This document shows, piece by piece, positions 55,926 through 64,000 of a stretch of 64,000 nucleotides of DNA. The translations under genes were made by a program, and so were the position numbers. Source of the stretch: Corallococcus coralloides (GTDB taxonomy: Bacteria; Myxococcota; Myxococcia; Myxococcales; Myxococcaceae); the NCBI RefSeq assembly GCF_004104415.1, contig NZ_CP034669.1; one strand, 5' to 3'. The notes under the pieces were generated by a model. That model worked only from the letters and a program-made list of their open reading frames with translations, was not told where the DNA came from and made no database searches. Every line of letters starts with the position of its first letter. Positions within the stretch are counted from its first letter, which is position 1.

Positions 55926-56381
55926 ATGGCCATGGGAAAGACGCCCGGCTCGGGCGACGACGAGGTGGAGGGCGCGGGCTTCGCGGAGATCAACATCACG
56001 CCGCTGACGGACGTGATGCTCGTGCTGCTCATCATCTTCATGGTGACCAGCTCGGTCATCACCCAGCAGGGCCCGGGCGGCGGCGCCAAGGCGGGCCTCA
56101 AGGTGAACCTGCCCAAGGGCGGCGCCGCGGACGTCACCGCGCGCACCACCGACCTGTCCGTGGCGGTGCTGGCGGATGGCCGCTTCGTGCTCGCGGGCAA
56201 CGTCGTCGCGGAGGCGGAGCTGAAGCAGGCCTTCGACAACGCGAAGAACCAGAACCCCGACACCGTGGTGATTGTCCAGGCGGACGAAGGCGTCCCCCAC
56301 GGCACCGTGGTGCAGGTGATGGAGCTGGCGAAGAAGGCCGGCCTCGCGCAGCTCGCCATCGGCGTGCGCGAAGGCGACTAG
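55926..56381 (+). CDS. ExbD/TolR biopolymer transport protein
   Basis: The 151-aa ORF reads EINITPLTDVMLVLLIIFMVTS. A single TM helix is followed by a periplasmic domain ending VVIVQADEGVPHGTVVQVMELAKKAG. Confidence 0.85.
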   Translation: MAMGKTPGSGDDEVEGAGFAEINITPLTDVMLVLLIIFMVTSSVITQQGPGGGAKAGLKVNLPKGGAADVTARTTDLSVAVLADGRFVLAGNVVAEAELKQAFDNAKNQNPDTVVIVQADEGVPHGTVVQVMELAKKAGLAQLAIGVREGD

Positions 56382-56402
56382 GCTCAGGCCCGAAAAAGAA
56401 AA

Positions 56403-56440
56403 GGCCCCCCGGCGCGTCACGTGCCGGAGGGCCTTCTTCA
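56403..56440. terminator. Bidirectional rho-independent terminator between convergent exbD and acyl-CoA dehydrogenase genes
   Basis: The GC stem GGCCCCCCGGC / GCCGGAGGGCC has a 9-nt loop. It is preceded by AAAAAGAAAAG and followed by TTCTTCATTTC, a rare A/T-flanked hairpin in this GC-rich DNA. Confidence 0.6.
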
Positions 56441-56462
56441 TTTCAGGACTTCAGACGCTGCT

Positions 56463-58307
<1,845 letters not shown>

Positions 58308-58505
58308 GGCCACTCCTGCGTAGGGGCTCGCTGCCTGCCTGCTTCCCGCAGGGCGGGAAAAAGTAAGGGTCAGCGGCACATGTGACGCAGGAAGTGTGGC
58401 GTCGACTGATTTTTGAGTCAACCCAAGATGACACCCCGCGTTGACGAGCGGTTGAAGCCGCCCTTCTCGAACGCGGGATTTCGCCTTGGAACGCCCCTGG
58501 AAAGC

Positions 58506-59210
58506 CTACTTCTTGGCCTTCTTCGCGGCCGGGAGGGACGCCGTCTTGGCGGCCGGCTTCTCCCGGGGTGCGGTCTTCTTGGACGAGGCGCCGGAGCGGG
58601 GCTCGTCCGCCTCCTCGTCATCGTCCTCGTCGTCCTCGTCCCGGTCGCGCTCCGGGGCGGCGGGCGGCGGGGCGCTGGTGGCGGCCTCCGGGGAGGCGGG
58701 CGCCGGGACGACCAGGCTCTCGCGGGGCACCTCCACCACGATGGGGGACTGGCCGGAGCGCTGCCGGTTCTCGTCCTCCAGGGAGTAGAAGAGCTGGATC
58801 TGCGAGCCGCCCTTCATGACGAGCTCGCCCTTCTGGTTCTCCGCCCAGAGGTCGATTTCGACGAAGTACCGGCCGCCGGAGCCGTGGCGGTCGCTCACGC
58901 GGCCCTTGCAGACCACGGTGTCGCCCGGCCACACCATCTTGATGAAGCGGACGTTGTAGCGCCGCAGCTGGCCGCCGCGGGCCCAGTCGCTGATGAGCTG
59001 GCCCAGCATGCCCATGACGAGCATGCCGGGGGCGTAGACGGACGGCATGCCCACGCTCTTGGCGTAGAGCTCGTCCACGTGCACGGGGTTGTAGTCGCCG
59101 GAGGCGCCCGCGTAGCGCGACAGCTGGACGCGGTCCACCGGGGCCTTGGCCAGCGCCGGCAGCTCGTCACCGACGCGGATGGATTCGAAGTAGAGCTTGC
59201 GCGCGGGCAT
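58506..59210 (-). CDS. MaoC-like (R)-specific enoyl-CoA hydratase (hot-dog fold) with a highly charged C-terminal tail
   Basis: The hot-dog motif is DYNPVHVDELYAKSVGMPSVYAPGML. The C-terminal 80 aa comprise a D/E run followed by KKTAPREKPAAKTASLPAAKKAKK. Confidence 0.8.
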   Translation of the reverse strand: MPARKLYFESIRVGDELPALAKAPVDRVQLSRYAGASGDYNPVHVDELYAKSVGMPSVYAPGMLVMGMLGQLISDWARGGQLRRYNVRFIKMVWPGDTVVCKGRVSDRHGSGGRYFVEIDLWAENQKGELVMKGGSQIQLFYSLEDENRQRSGQSPIVVEVPRESLVVPAPASPEAATSAPPPAAPERDRDEDDEDDDEEADEPRSGASSKKTAPREKPAAKTASLPAAKKAKK

Positions 59211-59659
59211 CAGGCGTTCTCCTTGGCGGCACGCACCACGAGGGTCCGGCGGGCGCGGAAGACGAGGTTGCCCTCTTCGTCCCGGCCTTCGTCCTCGATG
59301 ACCGCGATGTCCATCTTGCCGGACATGCCCGGCCGCTCGAAGACGTCCGACACGCGGGTGGACACGTAGATGCGGTCCCCCGCGAAGATGGGCCGCTCGT
59401 AGTCGAAGCCCTGCTCGGCGTGCAGCAGGCTCTTGATGCCCACCCCCAACAGCTCCCGGAGGTCCGCGGCGGAATGGAACGACGCGGGGAACGTGGGCGG
59501 CGCGACGATGGTGGGGTAGCCCGAGGCGCGGGCGTACTCCTCATCGTAGTAGATGGGATTGTAGTCGCCGATTGCCTCGGCGAAGCGCCGGATGGCGCCC
59601 TTCTCCACCTCGTTGAGCGTCGGCGGCGAGGCGCGGCCAATCGCGTTCTTGTCCAGCAT
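59210..59659 (-). CDS. MaoC N-terminal-like hot-dog protein (partner of the adjacent MaoC dehydratase)
   Basis: The 149-aa ORF reads AEAIGDYNPIYYDEEYARASGYPTIVAPPTF. Its stop overlaps the downstream MaoC start by 1 nt. Confidence 0.75.
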   Translation of the reverse strand: MLDKNAIGRASPPTLNEVEKGAIRRFAEAIGDYNPIYYDEEYARASGYPTIVAPPTFPASFHSAADLRELLGVGIKSLLHAEQGFDYERPIFAGDRIYVSTRVSDVFERPGMSGKMDIAVIEDEGRDEEGNLVFRARRTLVVRAAKENA

Positions 59660-59679
59660 TTCCCTCTCCTGATGAGTCT

Positions 59680-60681
59680 TCAGCGTCCTGACGGAAGCTC
59701 GAGCACCGTCAGGAGCCCGGCCTCCGCGGCCGTCAAACGTGGCGCGGCATTCACCAGCGCGTTCGCGGTGGCCCGGTCGCCCGCCACTCCCCCCGGTATC
59801 TCCAGCACCAGCTTCGGATCCGCGTCGATTTCGATGCGATCTCGTGGGTTGTCCGCCCCTACCGCGATGGTCAGCTCCAGGCGGACCCGCTCCTGCCCCT
59901 CCTCCAAACCCACCACGGACTGGAACATGCCCGCGACGCGGCCTTTCTTCACGACAAATGCGCCGCCGTTGATGTCCTCCTCGGCGAACACGGGAGTCAC
60001 TTCCTCCTCGAAGTCGTCACAATCCAGCCCCAGCCCCACCGCCGCCAGCGCCGCGGACTCCACCAGCCCCACGTGGCCCAGCTCCTCGCGGTCCACCAGG
60101 TCGAAGAACTCCTCCTCCGTCAGGCCCGCGCCCACCTTGCGCTGCAGGGCCTCACGGCGCGTGCGGGCATCCACCACGCGGCTGGCCGTCACCTTGCGCA
60201 CGGGGCCGCACACCTGACCGGCGGTGGCCACCAGGCGGTCCAGCACGAAGCCCGGGTTCACGCCCGTGCCCACGATGGCGACGCCCGCCTTCAGCGCGGC
60301 GCGCTCCAGCTTGTCCGCCAGCTCCGGGTACTTGAGGTGCGGGAACGCCAGCTCCTCGCAGGTGCTGGCCACCGGCAGGCCCAGCTTCAGCGCTTCCAGC
60401 AGCTGATCCATCACCTGGGCGAGCCGCGAGCTGGTGGCGTGCAGCACCACCACGCCCTTGCGGCGCCCCACGGCCTTCTCCAGCGAGTCCGCCACCTTGA
60501 AGCGCGGGCCCGCCAGCCCCAGCACGTCGCCCAGGGGACGACCCACCAGGGAGGGCTGCGGATCCACCGCGCCCATCAGCTCCACTTCGGGGGACGACAG
60601 GGCTGCCCTGGCAATCTCCTGCCCGATGAACCCCAGCCCCATCACCACCACCGGCACCGGCCCATCAGGGGCTCTAGCCAT
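59680..60681 (-). CDS. DapB-like NAD(P)-dependent oxidoreductase / amine dehydrogenase family protein
   Basis: The Rossmann N-terminus is VPVVVMGLGFIGQEIARAAL. The 333-aa length and C-terminal domain resemble dihydrodipicolinate-reductase-like amine dehydrogenases. Confidence 0.55.
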   Translation of the reverse strand: MARAPDGPVPVVVMGLGFIGQEIARAALSSPEVELMGAVDPQPSLVGRPLGDVLGLAGPRFKVADSLEKAVGRRKGVVVLHATSSRLAQVMDQLLEALKLGLPVASTCEELAFPHLKYPELADKLERAALKAGVAIVGTGVNPGFVLDRLVATAGQVCGPVRKVTASRVVDARTRREALQRKVGAGLTEEEFFDLVDREELGHVGLVESAALAAVGLGLDCDDFEEEVTPVFAEEDINGGAFVVKKGRVAGMFQSVVGLEEGQERVRLELTIAVGADNPRDRIEIDADPKLVLEIPGGVAGDRATANALVNAAPRLTAAEAGLLTVLELPSGR

Positions 60682-60927
60682 CGGAGATTGCTCCCGAATT
60701 CCAAGGGGTTACAGCCATTTACGTTGGGTAGGAGGCCACCATAGAACACGGCTCGACGGGCAGGCAAGCAGGACGTGGAATCCCGCGACCGCCTGTTTAA
60801 GGGAAACCTCAAGAATTCCGGTAGTTTGGCGGTACTGGAAAGCTTGGGGGGGCCTGTTTGGCCGCCTGCGGACCGGCTATAAGAGTCTGAGAAAAACGCA
60901 GCCCACTCGCTCGGAGCGTATCAGCCC

Positions 60928-62049
60928 ATGGCCCGAATCCTCGTGGTGGACGACGACGTGCTCATCCTCGCGGCGCTGTCCCGGATCCTCCACGCGGAGG
61001 GCTACGAGGTCGTGACGCACAGCGACCCGGTGCTGGCGGCGCGGGAGCAGGGGTTCGACGTCGTCCTCACGGACTTCATGATGCCGTACCTCAACGGCAT
61101 CGAGCTGTTGTCAGCGCTCCGGGAGAAGAACCCTCGCGCGGTGCGGCTGATGCTGACGGCGGCGGCGGACTTCAAGACGGCGTCGGAGGCGGTGAACCGG
61201 GGCGAGGTCTTCCGGTTGCTGGGCAAGCCGTGGGCGATGAGCGAGCTGACCAGCAGCGTGCGGCAGGCCATCGAGCACCACCGGCTGGTGGCGGCCAACG
61301 AGCGGCTGACACGCGAGGTCGCGGAGAAGAACGCGGAGCTCCTGGACATCAACGCGGGGCTGGAGCGCCGGGTCATCGAGCGCACCACGGGGCTCCTGGA
61401 CGGACTCATCAGCGCGCTGGACTACCGCGACACGGAGACGCAGTGGCACTCCAGGCGCGTGTCGCTGTACGCGCGGCGGCTGGCGCAGGAGATCGGCCTC
61501 ACCGGGCCGGCGCTGGACGTGGTGGAGCAGGGCGCGCTGCTGCACGACATCGGGAAGATTGGCGTGCGCGACTCCATCCTGCTCAAGCCCGGGCCGCTCA
61601 CGCCGGATGAGTGGGTGGAGATGAAGCTGCACCCGGAGTTCGGCTACCGGATGCTGGCGAAGATGCCGTACCTGCACGAGGCGGCGCTCATCGTCCTGCA
61701 GCACCAGGAGCGCTGGGACGGCAAGGGCTACCCGCTGGGGCTCCAGGGCGAGGAGATCGTCATCGGGGCGCGCATCTTCTGCCTCGTGGACACGCTGGAC
61801 GCCATCACCTCCGACCGGCCCTATCGCAAGGGGCGCCCCATGAGCGTGGCGCGCGACGAGGTCCGCCGCTGCGCGGGCACGCAGTTCGATCCGATGCTCG
61901 CGGAGGCGTTCCTCGGCCTGCCGGAGACGGAGTGGGCGCGCATCCGCCGTGAGGTGGAGGTGATGGAGGAGTCGGAGAGCCACCGCTGGACGGGCGCGAA
62001 GCTCAACGCCCAGGGCGAGCCCGTGCCCGCGCGCGCCGCCGGGGCCTGA
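60928..62049 (+). CDS. Response regulator with HD-GYP domain (c-di-GMP phosphodiesterase-type)
   Basis: REC: MARILVVDDDVLIL...VVLTDFMMPYLNG. The HD-GYP domain has HDIGKIGV and WDGKGYPLGL motifs. Confidence 0.85.
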   Translation: MARILVVDDDVLILAALSRILHAEGYEVVTHSDPVLAAREQGFDVVLTDFMMPYLNGIELLSALREKNPRAVRLMLTAAADFKTASEAVNRGEVFRLLGKPWAMSELTSSVRQAIEHHRLVAANERLTREVAEKNAELLDINAGLERRVIERTTGLLDGLISALDYRDTETQWHSRRVSLYARRLAQEIGLTGPALDVVEQGALLHDIGKIGVRDSILLKPGPLTPDEWVEMKLHPEFGYRMLAKMPYLHEAALIVLQHQERWDGKGYPLGLQGEEIVIGARIFCLVDTLDAITSDRPYRKGRPMSVARDEVRRCAGTQFDPMLAEAFLGLPETEWARIRREVEVMEESESHRWTGAKLNAQGEPVPARAAGA

Positions 62050-62068
62050 CGCGCGCGAGGAGCCCGCC

Positions 62069-64000
62069 TCAGGGGGCGCGGGTGCCGACCAGGACGTCGT
62101 CGATGACCGTGCCCTCCAGGAGCGCGTCCACGACGTCCATGCCCTTCTCGACCCGGCCGAAGGCCGTGTAGCGGCCGTCCAGGTGCGGTTGGGGGGAGTG
62201 GGTGATGAAGAACTGGCTGCCGCCGGTGTCCTTGCCCGACAGCGCCATCCCCACGGTGCCCCGGACGAACTTCTCGTGGGTCATTTCACAGCGGATGGAG
62301 TGCCCGGGCCCCCCCTCCCCGTCTCCGCGTGGATCTCCGCCCTGCGCGACGAAGTCCGGCACCACGCGGTGGAACGTGACGCCCCGGAAGTAACCCTTCC
62401 GCGCGAGCGCCGCCAGGTTGCCGACCGTGAGCGGCGACTCCACGCCCACCCGGATGACGATGTCGCCCTTGCGCGTGCGCAGCGTGAGGAACACGACCTC
62501 GGCTCCCGAAGGTGGCCGGTAGGTGTCCGGGGGCAGCTCCACGCGCGAGGAGCGGACGGGCTTGCCCGTGAGCGAGGTGAGGGACTCGGCCGCCACCCGG
62601 CGCACGTTCGCGTGGGGATGCTTCAGCCACTCGCGCAGGCGGGGTTCCGCCGCGCGACCCTTCAACGCGACGAGGGCGCCCGCGACCGCCTCCGCGAGGT
62701 CCGGCTCCCGGGGGACTCGCGCCGCCAGGGCCTCCACGGAGGGCAGGGCTTCCGCGTCCCTCAGCTTGCCGGCGGTGGCCGCGGCGAGTCCCGCGACCAC
62801 CGCGTCATCCCCGGCGATGAGGGCGCGCACCGGCGCCTTCGCTTCAGGCACGGGGTGCTCGGCGAGCGCGTCCAGCGCGGCACCGCGCACCACCGGACTG
62901 GCGTGGTTCAGGAGGCGCACCGCGAAGGCTGCTCCAGGCACCGAAGGCGGCGTGCCGCCTGGCGATCCCTTGAACCGGGCCACCTCGTGCAGTCCCAGCG
63001 CAAGCCGCCGGGGTTCGGGAACGCGGCCGTAGCCGCAGTGGAGCACCTTCTCCAGCCCACCGACCTGCCGGTCCATCGCCGCGGCGAACCGGCAATCCAG
63101 CCAGGCGACGTCTTCGCGGGCATCATCGGACAGGGCGGCGGCGCTGGCTTGCGCCAGGGCACTCCTCAGTTGCGACAGCACGGTCCGGCCCTGGAGCGGA
63201 AGTCCCTGCTGGGCCACTGCCAGCAATGCATGGCCCCGCGCCGCCTTCCCCTCCGCCACCTGCTTCGCGTGGAGCTCGATGCCGTCCAGCGCGAGGAGCG
63301 GCTCACAGGGCGCATTCGCCGCGCACTTCGCCGCGAGCTTCGCCAGCGTCCTCGCCGCCTCCGCCGAAACGCGCGGCGTCTCATCCTCCAGCAGCGGGCT
63401 CAATGCCGCCGCATCCCCGGGACCGCCAACGTCCCCCAGCCCCTTCGCGCAGAGGGCCCTCACGTCGGGTTGGGCATGGGCCAGACAGGAGCGCAGCAAC
63501 GCCACGGAGTCCGGCCGCTTCGCCGCCGACAGGAAGTACGCCCCTGCGAGGCTCCATTCCGGGCGCTCGGTGTCCGTCAGCAATGCGCGGATCGGCTCCA
63601 GGGGGATGCTCGCCACCGCAGCCGGTCCTGCCTTGCGCGCCGCCACGCCCAGGGCCATCGCGGCCTCGTAGACGGTCCAGGGTTTGCCGGACGGCGACAG
63701 GCGTGCCGTCAGTGCCTCCACCGCGCCCGGCGTGGCCAGCTTCCCCAGCGACTCGATGACCCGGGCGCGCACCATTTCATCGGTCTGGGTGGCGTCGTTG
63801 GCGACCAGCACCTCGGTCAACTTCGCCAGGGTGGCCTCCGGCAGGGATTCCCACGACAGCGCCAGCTGGCCCAGCGCGAAGGCGGCCGCATCGCGCGTGG
63901 GCGCTCCCGGCGACTCCAGCGCGGGAAGGATCGTGTCCAGCGTCTCCACGTCCTGGATGCGCGCCAGGGCCAGGAGGGCGCGGCTCCGTAGGAAGATGGT
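62069..64000 (-). CDS. HEAT-repeat protein fused to a C-terminal cyclophilin-type peptidyl-prolyl cis-trans isomerase domain. The N-terminus probably lies beyond the window end.
   Basis: The C-terminus FHRVVPDFVAQGGDP...GTVGMALSGKDTGGSQFFITHSPQPHLDGRYTAFGRV is cyclophilin. The upstream roughly 480 aa are Ala/Leu-rich HEAT/ARM-like repeats. The frame stays open from the GTG at 63949 to position 64000. Confidence 0.75.
   Translation of the reverse strand, partial: TIFLRSRALLALARIQDVETLDTILPALESPGAPTRDAAAFALGQLALSWESLPEATLAKLTEVLVANDATQTDEMVRARVIESLGKLATPGAVEALTARLSPSGKPWTVYEAAMALGVAARKAGPAAVASIPLEPIRALLTDTERPEWSLAGAYFLSAAKRPDSVALLRSCLAHAQPDVRALCAKGLGDVGGPGDAAALSPLLEDETPRVSAEAARTLAKLAAKCAANAPCEPLLALDGIELHAKQVAEGKAARGHALLAVAQQGLPLQGRTVLSQLRSALAQASAAALSDDAREDVAWLDCRFAAAMDRQVGGLEKVLHCGYGRVPEPRRLALGLHEVARFKGSPGGTPPSVPGAAFAVRLLNHASPVVRGAALDALAEHPVPEAKAPVRALIAGDDAVVAGLAAATAGKLRDAEALPSVEALAARVPREPDLAEAVAGALVALKGRAAEPRLREWLKHPHANVRRVAAESLTSLTGKPVRSSRVELPPDTYRPPSGAEVVFLTLRTRKGDIVIRVGVESPLTVGNLAALARKGYFRGVTFHRVVPDFVAQGGDPRGDGEGGPGHSIRCEMTHEKFVRGTVGMALSGKDTGGSQFFITHSPQPHLDGRYTAFGRVEKGMDVVDALLEGTVIDDVLVGTRAP

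Noticed and set aside
60700-60927. Sigma54-type promoter (TGGCGGTACTGGAAAGCTTGG) and clustered EcoRI/HindIII sites upstream of the HD-GYP gene
   Set aside because: There is only a partial match to the GG-N10-GC consensus: TGGC is present but no TTGC at the right spacing. The restriction sites are just a consequence of locally lower GC. This may be a promoter, but the motif evidence is insufficient.

Overview
This 64 kb window is a gene-dense, roughly 70% GC chromosomal segment that looks myxobacterial. It carries the adjacent bacN-bacO-bacP-padC bactofilin/ParB-like module, and its gene order matches what is known for Myxococcus xanthus. Most genes are on the minus strand and many have overlapping stop and start codons. 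Because of the high GC, the ORF track contains many long antisense or 5'-extended phantom ORFs; these were trimmed or rejected.

The main blocks are as follows.

(1) 1-16.1 kb is an ABC-transporter-dependent polysaccharide (O-antigen-like) locus. It contains rfbB (truncated at the window edge), a GT4 glycosyltransferase, and a triad of a GT2 polyprenyl-phosphate glycosyltransferase, a small membrane protein and a large polytopic membrane protein. It also contains a 1229-aa methyltransferase/coiled-coil/glycosyltransferase fusion, further GT2 proteins, Wzt (with a C-terminal glycan-binding domain) and Wzm. Two tandem tRNA-Gly(GCC) genes sit directly downstream of pgsA.

(2) 17-23 kb holds housekeeping genes: a TPR protein, a lytic transglycosylase, nadB, a rhomboid protease, a LOG-family protein, a lipoprotein and pyrE.

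(3) 23.8-26.7 kb is the padC-bacP-bacO-bacN module.

(4) 26.7-34 kb carries an alpha/beta hydrolase, a TPR protein, a hybrid histidine kinase with a degenerate GGDEF-like tail, and an unusual lipoprotein.

(5) 34-40 kb is the tlyA-dxs-ispA-(response regulator)-xseB-xseA string.

(6) 39.9-50 kb is a Tad-like (Kil-like) pilus/secretion locus. It has two FHA proteins (one with 93-bp tandem repeats), two T2SS-F-family platform proteins, CpaB, a TadE/Flp-like prepilin, and an ECF sigma/anti-sigma pair.

(7) 50-55 kb is a tightly coupled operon encoding DUF2085, two OppD/OppF-like ABC ATPases with no permease or binding protein, two stand-alone MshEN (GspE-N-like, putative c-di-GMP-binding) proteins, and a DUF4292 lipoprotein.

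(8) 55-64 kb carries ExbB/ExbD, an acyl-CoA dehydrogenase, a split MaoC hot-dog pair, a DapB-like oxidoreductase, a REC-HD-GYP regulator, and a HEAT-cyclophilin fusion that runs off the window end.

No CRISPR array, rRNA or obvious transposon was seen.
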